From assembly GCA_026421185.1 (NCBI GenBank), contig JAPKCH010000003.1, positions 12,375 through 76,374 of the forward strand: a stretch of 64,000 nt of DNA, written 5' to 3'. The stretch's first letter is position 1; each line of letters begins with the position of its first letter. This document shows positions 9,680 to 19,151 of the stretch, piece by piece. Both the position numbers and the translations under genes were made by a program. Source of the stretch: Dehalococcoidia bacterium (GTDB lineage: Bacteria > Chloroflexota > Dehalococcoidia > Lucifugimonadales > Lucifugimonadaceae). The notes beneath the pieces were generated by a model, which saw only the letters and a program-made list of their open reading frames with translations, did not search any database and was not told the DNA's origin.

Positions 9680-10999
9680 TTATTCGCCAATTATTTGGCG
9701 GCGTCGGTATTCAGATGCGGCGGCGTGTCCATGTAATCCTTCAAGCTTTGCAAGAATTTCAGCGTCTTTAGATAATTTCAAGAACGTTTCATCATCGAAT
9801 GTGAGCACCGGAGTTACCCGCACGAAATTCCGCACTGATAACGCCGATGAGAATCGTGCGGTTCCAGCTGTAGGCATAACGTGCGACGGGCCTGCAACAT
9901 AGTCGGCCATCACTTCTGCGGACCACTCACCGACGAACAGACCGCCAGCGCTGGTTACTTTGTCGACAAGTTCATCAGCATCTGCGGTCAATATGCATAG
10001 GTGCTCAGGCGCAGCTGCGTTTGCGACGTCTATAGCTTCGGTCGTATTGTCCACGACTACGGCGACACCTCGATTCGAAAATGCTGCCCTCGCTATGCTA
10101 CCTCTTGGTAGATCTTCTAGCTGACGTTCGATTTCGGCTTCGATTTTTTCAACTATTTCTTCTGAGAGGGCGACCAGTATTGGCATAGCCACAGTGTCGT
10201 GTTCGGCTTGGGCGATTAAATCGGATGCTGTAAAACGTGGTTCTGCTGACTCATCAGCGATGACAAGTGTTTCTGTTGGACCATATAGACCATCTATCCC
10301 AACATCTCCGTATACGAGCTTCTTGGCTGCTGTTACCCAAGCGCTGCCCGGACCGCATATTAGATCGACAGAAGGCACTGACTCAGTGCCATACGCCAGA
10401 GCTGCAATTGCCTGAGCGCCACCAAGTTTAAATACTCGAGAGGCTCCCGCTATTTTGGCCGCCGCTAGAACTGCGGGGTGTGGCATAGAGTTACCCGGCG
10501 CTGGTGTTGCGACGATGATCTCTTTGACTCCGGCTACCTTGGCGGGTACTACCGTCATGATGACTGTCGAAGCCAATGGAGCTGTACCAGCAGGTACGTA
10601 TGCTGCGATCGATCCCAAAGGGGTAACGCGCTCGCCAACTTTGCCTGTTCCATCACTCCAACTCTTGGGCAGTCCTCGGGTCTGAAATTTTCTGACTCTT
10701 TCTACAGCAAGTTCAATTGCTGCGGTCGATGCAGGGTCGAGATTTGCTAGAGCTGAGTCTATCTCTGACTGAGGTACTTCGAAATTTTCTGGCGAAGATC
10801 CATCGAGTGCAGTATTGATTCGTTTCAGACCTGCATCGCCTTCATTTCGGACAATATCAATGACACGTGCAGCGAATTCGTTTGGCGAAACCTTGTCTGA
10901 AAATAGACCTTTGCCATCAGAAAGAACCGCTGACGCTGGCATATTCCGATCGCGTTTAAAGTGTTCAATTCCAGCTGAAGCACCGATTACACGTTTCAC
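9680..10999 (-). CDS. hisD: histidinol dehydrogenase
   Basis: 439 aa, GTG start 2 nt after the hisG stop. Motifs 'GGAQAIAALAYGT', 'ICGPGSAWV', 'AQAEHD' and 'AGPSHVMPT'. Confidence 0.95.
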   Translation of the reverse strand: MKRVIGASAGIEHFKRDRNMPASAVLSDGKGLFSDKVSPNEFAARVIDIVRNEGDAGLKRINTALDGSSPENFEVPQSEIDSALANLDPASTAAIELAVERVRKFQTRGLPKSWSDGTGKVGERVTPLGSIAAYVPAGTAPLASTVIMTVVPAKVAGVKEIIVATPAPGNSMPHPAVLAAAKIAGASRVFKLGGAQAIAALAYGTESVPSVDLICGPGSAWVTAAKKLVYGDVGIDGLYGPTETLVIADESAEPRFTASDLIAQAEHDTVAMPILVALSEEIVEKIEAEIERQLEDLPRGSIARAAFSNRGVAVVVDNTTEAIDVANAAAPEHLCILTADADELVDKVTSAGGLFVGEWSAEVMADYVAGPSHVMPTAGTARFSSALSVRNFVRVTPVLTFDDETFLKLSKDAEILAKLEGLHGHAAASEYRRRQIIGE

Positions 11000-11001
11000 G
11001 G

Positions 11002-12021
11002 CTATTCGTCCGAATCTATGAATGGCTTCAGATTTTCCACAAGCCTGTCGTAAGAGTCACATCTGTCGCGATACACGTATTGAACGTCGTTGGCAGCGAT
11101 ACCAATTCCGCCAAGATCTCGCAGGTGGCTCACTACATCTGGAAGATCCGATTTTCGCACCAATACCTGAACTGTGAACCAATTACTCTTTTTGCCTGTG
11201 TGTATAGCAGAAATGGTTGGACCATCTAGCCCAGCTAACTCGCGACGCTTCAGGACTTGACGAGCGACTTCATCTTCGGATTCACCTTGAATATCGCCAG
11301 TAACTCGCTGGTATTTACGTGCTCGTAAACTTGCTTCGATTTTTTCTAATATTTGTCGAGCGTGCGCTAACTTTTCAGGATCGTTTGCCAACGCCCGGCC
11401 GTTACCGACTATTACCGATTGAGATTCGATTACCTCACCGTCAACCAGAATGCGCAGTCCGTTCTCACGGAGTGTTGTACCTGTTGCAGTGATGTCGGCA
11501 ATTATGTCAGCGTAGCCCATAACTGGCGCCGCTTCGAGCCCACCGGAAACGTGAACCATCGAAACGTAGTTCACGCCGTTCTGATCAAGAAATCGCTTTA
11601 CAAGACGTTCGTACTTCGAAGCGATCCTAAGATCGCGCCCTTTTGCACGGAACTCTAGCGCTATATCCGCTAAGTCAGCCATGCTCGTAACGTCAAGCCA
11701 AACGTCTGGGACAGCAATCACTAGTTTCGCTGCACCGAATCCAAGGCCATCGTGTAATAGAACGGTATCGCCGCGTTCCAGCCGAGATTCGTAGTACCTG
11801 TCGAGTCCTACAACACCGATGTCGGCGCTTCCGCCATCGATTTCTATCGTGATATCAGATTGGCGTTGAAACAGAATATCGACGCCTGGAAGTGCTGGAA
11901 TATCAGCTGTGTATCGCCGTGAATTCGCACGGCGAACCGACAGTCCGCACTCTGACAGCAATTTTGCTGTGCCGTCGAACAATGCTCCGGTTGATGGTAG
12001 GGCGAATCGAAGATTGCTCAT
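11002..12021 (-). CDS. hisG: ATP phosphoribosyltransferase, long form with C-terminal HisG_C regulatory domain
   Basis: Catalytic core 'LRFALPSTGAL', 'DIGVVGLD' and 'ADIIADITATGTTLRENGL'. About 110 extra C-terminal residues ('LAGLDGPTISAI...WFTVQVLV...LRDLGGIGIAANDVQYV') match the HisG_C pattern. 339 aa in total. Confidence 0.9.
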   Translation of the reverse strand: MSNLRFALPSTGALFDGTAKLLSECGLSVRRANSRRYTADIPALPGVDILFQRQSDITIEIDGGSADIGVVGLDRYYESRLERGDTVLLHDGLGFGAAKLVIAVPDVWLDVTSMADLADIALEFRAKGRDLRIASKYERLVKRFLDQNGVNYVSMVHVSGGLEAAPVMGYADIIADITATGTTLRENGLRILVDGEVIESQSVIVGNGRALANDPEKLAHARQILEKIEASLRARKYQRVTGDIQGESEDEVARQVLKRRELAGLDGPTISAIHTGKKSNWFTVQVLVRKSDLPDVVSHLRDLGGIGIAANDVQYVYRDRCDSYDRLVENLKPFIDSDE

Positions 12022-13382
12022 TACGAGCCCTGCCCTTCACTACCAGAATTAATATCTTGGAAATCGACCGCTGCTCGCTTGCCATTGACTCGTAACTTTC
12101 GAGCCGCTTCGACAGCGCTAGAAATCGATCCTTCGTTCGCTGGTGAAACCGCTATTGTTTCACCGCCAGTGTCAGAATTGCTGCCCAGTGCTTCGATAAC
12201 TGCATCGAGATTGTAGGCAAAGCCCAATGACGGTACATCACGGTCATATCCGAGAGCTCGTGTGAGGCCGTCGTATCTACCGCCACCTCCGAGAGTTTCT
12301 CCCTCATTATCTCCCGCGTAAATATCGAAGAGCATGCCCGTGTAGTAGGCGATGCCGCGTGCCATACCGAAATCTACATTGATCTGATCGCTCAATACAC
12401 CTTCGGTTTCCGCTGAAGAAATGACTTCAGTAAGATTTGAGACTACGTCACTAGAAATTCCAGCCGCTGACAGCACTTTAATACCTTCGGCCACTGCCTC
12501 GCTGCTAGATCCATTGACATGTACGAGATTGGAAAGCATTTTGAGTGCCCGTTTGAAATCAGTAGGATTATCAGCTTGGGACATTTTGCGTGCGAGTCGA
12601 GCAACGATGTCCTCTGGCGATCGAGCACCGGTGTTCTTTCCAAGCTGTACACCGATGCCTTCCGACATCACTTGTTCGATTGTCGAAGCAATGCGTTCGC
12701 GATCGGCTGCTGCTTGAGCGTCATCAACTACTGCATCGGAGATGAAGCCTAGCGTAATAGCTCGTTCTGAAACTGCATCAAGTTCGCCGTTCTTCAATTC
12801 CGCAATGCTGTTTATGAGAAACAGCTTTGCACGTTCTGACAAATTGAATTCAGTGAGTGCCGTAAGTACGACTCCTACGTGGCCTATGACAACCCGGACG
12901 GTGGAAACTCCAAGCGTTTCGAGTCCTTCGAGTGCCATGGCGATAATTTCACCATCGGCTGAAGGTGATGGCGCACCGATTAGTTCAGCGCCAAGCTGTG
13001 TGAACTGTCGAGTTTTAGATCCATCTTCGTCTTCTGGTCCTGCATATCTGAAGACAGGACCGTCGTACATGATCCTCAGCGGAGTTGAAGTCGCCGCGTC
13101 ATCGGCAGTTTGGCGAAGAACTGCAGAGGTGAACTCGGGTCGAAGGCTAACTTCTGCACCACCGGGTTCGATAAATCCATAAAGGCGAGAGGAAAGCGCT
13201 CCGCCTGATTTACGAATATATAACTCTGTTTGCTCGAGAATCGGAGTTTCAATGCGGTCATAACCGCGTAGTCCGAAGGCACCACGTAAGGTCGAAATGG
13301 TGGCATCTCGGGCAGCTAGCGCTTTTGGACCTACGTCCTGCATGTTGGGGAGCCGACGAACGGGCTCAAATTGAGAGGTCAT
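12021..13382 (-). CDS. hisZ: ATP phosphoribosyltransferase regulatory subunit HisZ (HisRS paralog) with an anticodon-binding-domain-like tail
   Basis: Class-II aaRS core ('SLRPEFTSAVLR', 'RQFTQLGAELIG', 'GGGGRYDGL'). Catalytic HisRS motifs are degraded: 'FRYAGPEDEDGSK' replaces FRYERPQ, and 'GFAYNLDAV' replaces GxxxGxER. TAATG stop/start overlap with hisG. The C-terminal 'IAVSP...AVEAARKLRVNGKRAAVD' looks like an HGTP_anticodon domain. Confidence 0.7.
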   Translation of the reverse strand: MTSQFEPVRRLPNMQDVGPKALAARDATISTLRGAFGLRGYDRIETPILEQTELYIRKSGGALSSRLYGFIEPGGAEVSLRPEFTSAVLRQTADDAATSTPLRIMYDGPVFRYAGPEDEDGSKTRQFTQLGAELIGAPSPSADGEIIAMALEGLETLGVSTVRVVIGHVGVVLTALTEFNLSERAKLFLINSIAELKNGELDAVSERAITLGFISDAVVDDAQAAADRERIASTIEQVMSEGIGVQLGKNTGARSPEDIVARLARKMSQADNPTDFKRALKMLSNLVHVNGSSSEAVAEGIKVLSAAGISSDVVSNLTEVISSAETEGVLSDQINVDFGMARGIAYYTGMLFDIYAGDNEGETLGGGGRYDGLTRALGYDRDVPSLGFAYNLDAVIEALGSNSDTGGETIAVSPANEGSISSAVEAARKLRVNGKRAAVDFQDINSGSEGQGS

Positions 13383-13593
13383 CTTGCTAAATAATTATGG
13401 GCGATATGCAGGCTTTTTTCGAGTGTGACAACTCAATTCTAATCGAGTTTGACTAAACTACCCTACTACTGAGACCGGGAACCGTGTGATTTTTGGCAGA
13501 ATTGTTCTACGGGTGAGGACGGATTTATAGATTGAACAGGGATTCGAGATTGAGCAGTCCTAAGCGAAGAGATTCGGACTAGACCGACTAGTC

Positions 13594-14373
13594 CTAGAAT
13601 CCCCATACACGCGCAGCTGTCTTTCCAAGTACCCAATCGATATCACTACCACTGGCGAATGCTGGATGATTTCGTACACCTTCAAGAGTATTTCGGTACC
13701 CCTCTCGACCTGCGCTTGGCGGGTAGTCACTGCCCCACATCATACGGTCTGCACCAAAGGCTTCATATGCCATCTCGAACAATGGCGGAATGTTGTCGAA
13801 GTGAAAACCCGGTAACAATATCTGAGGTCTCGACGTTATTTCACCCAGACCTGGCACCTTAATCGTGGTGTTCGGACGTTGGGCGCATTCGAGCGCCGAT
13901 TTGTAATCGGTATACGGAGCGTCAGCAATTCCGACGCCAGCTAAGTGTTCAATTACGATCTGGGTATCGGGGCAGTCATCAATGATCTTCTTGAAATTCG
14001 CACTTGAGAAACGTTTATCATCGCCAATTGAGCTGACTACAAGTCCCAGTTCACCGCATTTACGCCAAATCTCGGTAACGTCAGACAGCGCATTGAATTC
14101 ACCATCAGGGGCGATTCGCACACCAGCGGCACCCTGTTCTGATAGTTTTTCAAGAGTTCCAAGCGGATCAGAATCGACTGGATCTACCAACACGACAACT
14201 TTGAATCGATCACCGCGTTTAGCGGCTTCTACAAACAAGTAATCGTTGTCGTATGTGCCGCCGTGCTGAATGAGTACCGCACCATCGACACCCGACTGGT
14301 TCATTTCGAACTCAAGAGATTCGATAGGTAGAAACCAGTTTTGCCCTGCGTGGCAGTGGGTGTCGATGATCAA
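13594..14373 (-). CDS. amidohydrolase_2 (PF04909/COG3618-like) metal-dependent hydrolase, possible sugar lactonase
   Basis: 'IIDTHCH' (HxH), 'IVIEHLAG' and 'DRMMWGSDYP' are the metal ligands of the amidohydrolase_2 family. 259 aa. Confidence 0.8.
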   Translation of the reverse strand: MIIDTHCHAGQNWFLPIESLEFEMNQSGVDGAVLIQHGGTYDNDYLFVEAAKRGDRFKVVVLVDPVDSDPLGTLEKLSEQGAAGVRIAPDGEFNALSDVTEIWRKCGELGLVVSSIGDDKRFSSANFKKIIDDCPDTQIVIEHLAGVGIADAPYTDYKSALECAQRPNTTIKVPGLGEITSRPQILLPGFHFDNIPPLFEMAYEAFGADRMMWGSDYPPSAGREGYRNTLEGVRNHPAFASGSDIDWVLGKTAARVWGF

Positions 14374-14427
14374 GCGGTTACTCAGTTATGTTTTAGTACT
14401 TGTAGGTTGTTTTGGACCAAGCAACTA

Positions 14428-15429
14428 TTACGTTGCAATTTCCATACCTGATTCGCCGACGCCAGAGCCTTCTGCAAGTACTAGATCATCGATCTCTTTC
14501 CTTAGTTCAGCCGGCATATCCCAGTCACCACCGAGGTTGTCAGTCGCTTCAGTTGGAGTTACCGAACCGGCAAGAGCAACGCTAATCGCATCGTTTGCTA
14601 GTACCCAAGCGATAGCAAGCTGAGGAATCGTCTTGCCGTGATCAGCAGCGATTACCTTCAATTTTTCGACAACTGCAACGTTAGCAGCCAGGTTCTCTGG
14701 TCCCCACGAGTTGATGCCGAAGTTGACACCACCGCGTCGCCAGTCATCATCACCAAATGTCTTGTCGGCACCCCATGTACCTGTCAGCAAACCGTGAGAT
14801 AGCGATCCGTAAGCCATTATGCCCATGCCATTGTTTTTCACAAACGGCATAACTTCGGCTTCAGGACGACGATCAAAAATGTGGTACCCGATCTGGTTCG
14901 TGATAATCGGGCTTGTCTCTCGGCTCTCACTCATCATGTTGACATTGAAGTTAGAGACTCCGGTGTGTCGAATCTTACCAGCCTTCTTAGCCTGCTCGAG
15001 AGCTTCCATGGGCTCCGAGAATGAACGGCCGTGGTCGGGCCAGTGAATCAAAAACAGGTCGATGTAATCGGTCTGGAGTCGTTGCAGGCTCTCATCGATC
15101 GACGCCAGCAGACGCTTCGGGTCAGAGTCAGAAACGGTTGCTGCGCGGTTATCTGGATTATCTCGAACCCATTCACGTGCACCTTTGGTGACAAGAACTA
15201 CGTCCTCTCGAATGCCTTTGAGCGCTTTGCCCATCAGGGTTTCGCCGTAGCCCCAACCGTATACAGCAGCCGTATCGAACAATGTAACGCCGCCCTCGTA
15301 CGAGGTACGAGCAGCGGCAATAGCCTGATCATCATCGAAATCACCGTACATACCTCGACCCATCGGCCAGCCACCGTAGCCAATTACGGAGGTTTCCAGC
15401 CCTGAGTCACCAAACATTCGCTTACGCAT
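14428..15429 (-). CDS. aldo/keto reductase
   Basis: 333 aa. Motifs 'GYGGWPMG', 'FDTAAVYG', 'YIDLFLIHWPD' and 'IRHTGVSNF' are typical of the AKR family. Confidence 0.9.
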   Translation of the reverse strand: MRKRMFGDSGLETSVIGYGGWPMGRGMYGDFDDDQAIAAARTSYEGGVTLFDTAAVYGWGYGETLMGKALKGIREDVVLVTKGAREWVRDNPDNRAATVSDSDPKRLLASIDESLQRLQTDYIDLFLIHWPDHGRSFSEPMEALEQAKKAGKIRHTGVSNFNVNMMSESRETSPIITNQIGYHIFDRRPEAEVMPFVKNNGMGIMAYGSLSHGLLTGTWGADKTFGDDDWRRGGVNFGINSWGPENLAANVAVVEKLKVIAADHGKTIPQLAIAWVLANDAISVALAGSVTPTEATDNLGGDWDMPAELRKEIDDLVLAEGSGVGESGMEIAT

Positions 15430-15503
15430 AAGTTGTCCTGTCTATATTGCTTAGTTTCTAGTTTATAAAAATCTTTTTTATTCAGCTGATCGTAAAATGT
15501 AGT

Positions 15504-16595
15504 TTAGTTCCGGTTATCAAACGAAACATTGCCGTCTGGATCCACTCGTTTTACTGTGCCTGAACCTGTGAACGGACCTGCGGTAATTGTCACAGAAACT
15601 GTTTTTCCTGCCGCAATATTTAGAGCTGTTCCATTTTCTTGGGCTTGCTTTATACCGCCATTTCCGAAGCTTGTGCAGGGTTCTAGGCCTGCGTTGTAGC
15701 ATCTTCCGTACCATGGATACCCGTATCCGCCACCGAAATTACGCCAATACCAGAGATATTTGAATGTCTCGACCGGATAGCTGACAGCCCAACCAATATT
15801 GGTTTCTCCGTTCAGCAGTGCGTACCAGCCTTCAGACATTTCGGTCATGTATGCCATGTCTAGCGAGCGGTCTTCTTTAGGTGGAATTATGCTGAAATCT
15901 AGAACTGAACCGTCTTTGGCGTTCATTTTAGGCCAGTCGCCTCTATAATCAGGTTCAAGCTTGGAATTTGGATCGATGCTTTCAGGATGACTCAGTAGTT
16001 TAGATTCTGGAACAAATAGCCTTGATTTTTCCGAAAGTACAGGTGGTCCAATGGCGATGTGTTCAAGCCAAACAATATCGAGATCTTCCTCACCTTCATT
16101 GGTCACCGACTCGTGGACCCGGAGAGTTGGAGAACCCGAAACGAGCGACAATGTCTTAGAGACTTTCATCGGCATTCTGACGCTTTTAGCGGTGAACCGA
16201 ACACTTACCTTTTCGGCTGTATCCTCTAGCACCTGAACGTCCCATGGAATGAGACTTACATCTCCGTGGATACCAAAATCAGCACCGTAGACTTGATCTG
16301 AATAACCGCCGTGGGGAACGACGGTCTGCCAACCGCCCTCATAGAAATCTAGCCATATCGAGCTAGGGTCACCCGTTGGTGGGACCGTTTTACGGGGATC
16401 GCGGACTCCCGATGGCGTGCGCCACATGAAATCGGTATCGGTCGGCTTGTGCACGAAGCTGTAAATATCAGCGCCTTTATCAGCGAGTACGGTAATTCGC
16501 ACCAGCTCGTTCTCAAGAACCACGGTCTTCAGACCACGATACGTCCAAGAATCTGAAACTCGGCAACCAGTAGTTCGTTCATCTTGATAATGCAT
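15504..16595 (-). CDS. galactose-mutarotase-fold (aldose 1-epimerase-like, DUF4432-like) protein
   Basis: 363 aa, beta-rich, with a 'GIHGDVSLIPW' type HG motif. Paralog of 19152-20225. The family call is from memory of DUF4432 and has not been searched. Confidence 0.5.
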   Translation of the reverse strand: MHYQDERTTGCRVSDSWTYRGLKTVVLENELVRITVLADKGADIYSFVHKPTDTDFMWRTPSGVRDPRKTVPPTGDPSSIWLDFYEGGWQTVVPHGGYSDQVYGADFGIHGDVSLIPWDVQVLEDTAEKVSVRFTAKSVRMPMKVSKTLSLVSGSPTLRVHESVTNEGEEDLDIVWLEHIAIGPPVLSEKSRLFVPESKLLSHPESIDPNSKLEPDYRGDWPKMNAKDGSVLDFSIIPPKEDRSLDMAYMTEMSEGWYALLNGETNIGWAVSYPVETFKYLWYWRNFGGGYGYPWYGRCYNAGLEPCTSFGNGGIKQAQENGTALNIAAGKTVSVTITAGPFTGSGTVKRVDPDGNVSFDNRN

Positions 16596-16610
16596 TTGGC
16601 ACTCTTTCTT

Positions 16611-17672
16611 CTACGAACCGGGCTGAATCACGATGCGGTAAATATCTTTGTTTGGATCGAGCATACGTTTGAACCCATCTTCCATCGCTCTACTCAGCGG
16701 CACTACATCTGAAATCAATGGTTTTACGTTAATTTTGCCTTGACCGACCAATTCAACAGCAGCTTCGAGATCTCCTGGTGAAGTTGCTACCGATCCAATG
16801 ACAGTAATCTCTAGACCGACCACTTTGTTGAAATTTATCTCAGGCGTAGTTGAATAAATCCCTAGGAGAAGAGTCGTACCACCGCGGCGAGTCCACTCAA
16901 TCGCCATCCGTGGGGTTTCTTTAGCCCCAGCAGTTTCGACGACAATGTCTGGTCCAATACCGCCGGTGAGTGCCAGTAGTTCAACTCCAGCTTTTTCTTC
17001 ATCACGTGAACTTAATATGTCATCGGCTCCGAGCTCTTTGGCCAGACCTAGGCTTTGTTCACGTACATCGAGCCCAATAACTCGAGCACCGGCAGCTTTG
17101 AAAGCTTGAATAGTGAGCAGTCCGACCGTGCCACATCCTACAACTGCGACATTGTCGCCGGGCCGAACACCTGAGCGACGAACCCCGTGGACTGCGACCG
17201 TTGCTGGCTCTAGTAACGGACCTTCGATATCCGAGATACTATCGGGCATTGGAACGAGTTTCGCTGCAGGCCAAACCATAAACTCCGCGAGACCGCCGTC
17301 GGCCATAAATCCAGCGACAGCCATGTTCGGGCAAACTGCTTGTTGGCCACGCATGCACCAAAAACAGGTTCCACAGGTCAATACTGTGTTGATGGCAACG
17401 CGGTCACCAACCGATACGTTGTCGACACCTTCGCCGAGTTCAACGACAGTTCCGGCAGTTTCGTGACCTAGAACTAACGGAGTCTGCTTTCCTGTCATTG
17501 CATTAGGCGAACCATGCTGAACCCACAGTGGTCCGTACTGCCACTCCTCGATATCAGTTGCGCAGATGGATGTCCCAGTGATTCGAATTTTTGCTTCACC
17601 CAATCGCGGAACTGGTTCCGGAATATCTTCGAGTCGTAAGTCTTTGTTGTCGTGATAGACGATTGCTTGCAT
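16611..17672 (-). CDS. zinc-dependent medium-chain alcohol/polyol dehydrogenase
   Basis: Catalytic Zn ligands 'CATD' and 'GHETAG'. Structural Zn 'CGTCFWCMRGQQAVC'. Rossmann motif 'VVGCGTVG'. Confidence 0.9.
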   Translation of the reverse strand: MQAIVYHDNKDLRLEDIPEPVPRLGEAKIRITGTSICATDIEEWQYGPLWVQHGSPNAMTGKQTPLVLGHETAGTVVELGEGVDNVSVGDRVAINTVLTCGTCFWCMRGQQAVCPNMAVAGFMADGGLAEFMVWPAAKLVPMPDSISDIEGPLLEPATVAVHGVRRSGVRPGDNVAVVGCGTVGLLTIQAFKAAGARVIGLDVREQSLGLAKELGADDILSSRDEEKAGVELLALTGGIGPDIVVETAGAKETPRMAIEWTRRGGTTLLLGIYSTTPEINFNKVVGLEITVIGSVATSPGDLEAAVELVGQGKINVKPLISDVVPLSRAMEDGFKRMLDPNKDIYRIVIQPGS

Positions 17673-17809
17673 GTTAATTGTTCAGTCGACTTTGAATTTC
17701 TTTAAATATCGTCGGAATTCTACACGTGGTTCATTGGACTGCAATCACCTCTTCCATCAAGGATTACCTGACTCTTAAGTGCTAAAATCTCGCCGCGAAA
17801 TCAATTAAA

Positions 17810-17837
17810 GTCAGAGATCACATCTTGTGGTTCTGAC
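17810..17837. promoter_or_regulatory. imperfect inverted repeat in a divergent promoter region (candidate operator)
   Basis: GTCAGAGATCACA-TCT-TGTGGTTCTGAC, about 12 bp arms with one bulge. It lies 60 nt upstream of the enolase-superfamily gene start, between divergent genes. Confidence 0.25.
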
Positions 17838-17896
17838 TAATCAATCGATCAGCTAACTCGTTTGAAGAAACCCTGAATAAGGGTAGGGAGTCTGAA

Positions 17897-19069
17897 ATGA
17901 AAGCTAGTCCGAAGATCACAAAAGTCTCGGTCACCACGTACGAGCATGAACTCGAAAATCTTGGCAAGGACTACAACACGTTCAATACGGTTTACGAAGC
18001 CGGTTCCAAGCTGAAGCAAACAGGCACTGTACTCCAGATCCACACGGACCAAGGAATCGTCGGTGAGTACCCCGACATTGGTCCAGCAATTAGCGATATA
18101 CAAACAGTGGCTGAATATCTTATCGGTAAAGATGCGCTATCTCGAGAGAAGATTTACAACGACACCAAACGTGGATTACGGCACGGCGCCATGCTTGGTG
18201 TTGGTGTTATCGACATCTGCCTTTGGGACATCGCTGGAAAACTCTACGACGAGCCGCTGTATCGGCTACTAGGCGGCGAGAAGAAGGCTCTTCCTGCGTA
18301 TGCATCGACACTCCACGGTGATGAAAACGGAGGGCTACAGACTAAAGAAGACTTCGCTGATTTCGCTGAACAGTGTTACGAAATGGGCTATAGATCGTTC
18401 AAAGTACATGGCTGGGGACTCGCAGGCAGCAACATCAAGCGTGAAGTCGACAATGTTTTAAATTTGGGAAAACAGTTCGCTGACCGAATGGATCTATTGA
18501 TCGATCCGGCTTGTGAGGTTAAAAACTTCGGTGACGCACTCAAACTTGGTTACGCTGTGGATGAAGCCAATTTCTTCTGGTGGGAAGATCCGTATCAGGA
18601 CGGTGGTGTGTCACAATTTGCTCATCGTAAACTTCGGCAAATGGTGAAAACACCGCTTTTGCAAACTGAGCACATTCGATTGCTCGAACAACATGTTGAC
18701 TTCATCGTTGCTGATGGAACCGACTACGTTCGAGCTGGTGCTCACGAAGACGGTGGAGTGACCGGAGCTATGAAGATCGCCCACGCATCCGAAGGTTTCG
18801 GCCTTGATGTGGAACTTCACGGGCCTGGACCAGTTCATCGTCACATCATGTCTTCAATCAGAAATACGAACTTCTTCGAATTAGGTCTCGTTCACCCAAA
18901 GGTGAAAAGCACCAAGGCGCCTCTCTACCTCGGATATAACGATGATCTCGACGGAATCGACAGCAAAGGAAATGTCTACGCACCAGACGGTCCGGGAATC
19001 GGTGTTCCCTTGGACTGGGACTGGATTCGAGCACACCAGACCGATGAAGGTGTTCTAGCTGAAGCTTAG
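17897..19069 (+). CDS. enolase-superfamily enzyme (mandelate racemase/muconate lactonizing family), probable acid-sugar dehydratase
   Basis: 390 aa. GGGAG Shine-Dalgarno upstream. Capping domain followed by a barrel with 'FKVHGWG', 'LLIDPACE' and 'FFWWEDP', which are metal-ligand-type D/E/D positions of the MR/MLE family. Confidence 0.85.
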   Translation: MKASPKITKVSVTTYEHELENLGKDYNTFNTVYEAGSKLKQTGTVLQIHTDQGIVGEYPDIGPAISDIQTVAEYLIGKDALSREKIYNDTKRGLRHGAMLGVGVIDICLWDIAGKLYDEPLYRLLGGEKKALPAYASTLHGDENGGLQTKEDFADFAEQCYEMGYRSFKVHGWGLAGSNIKREVDNVLNLGKQFADRMDLLIDPACEVKNFGDALKLGYAVDEANFFWWEDPYQDGGVSQFAHRKLRQMVKTPLLQTEHIRLLEQHVDFIVADGTDYVRAGAHEDGGVTGAMKIAHASEGFGLDVELHGPGPVHRHIMSSIRNTNFFELGLVHPKVKSTKAPLYLGYNDDLDGIDSKGNVYAPDGPGIGVPLDWDWIRAHQTDEGVLAEA

Positions 19070-19084
19070 AGTTTCAGAGGCTTA

Positions 19085-19140
19085 AACAAAAAAGGTCGGT
19101 GAACTGGCATGAATATGTTGGTTCACTGACCTTTGCTTAT
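19085..19140. terminator. bidirectional rho-independent terminator
   Basis: An A-run, then stem GGTCGGTGAAC (19094-19104) pairing with GTTCACTGACC (19121-19131, one G:U), then TTTGCTTATT. Sits between convergent genes. Confidence 0.5.
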
Positions 19141-19151
19141 TCACAGTAGGA

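Noticed and set aside
12742-13182. 146-aa plus-strand ORF inside hisZ
   Set aside because: Antisense shadow of hisZ. Ser/Pro-rich with no motif.
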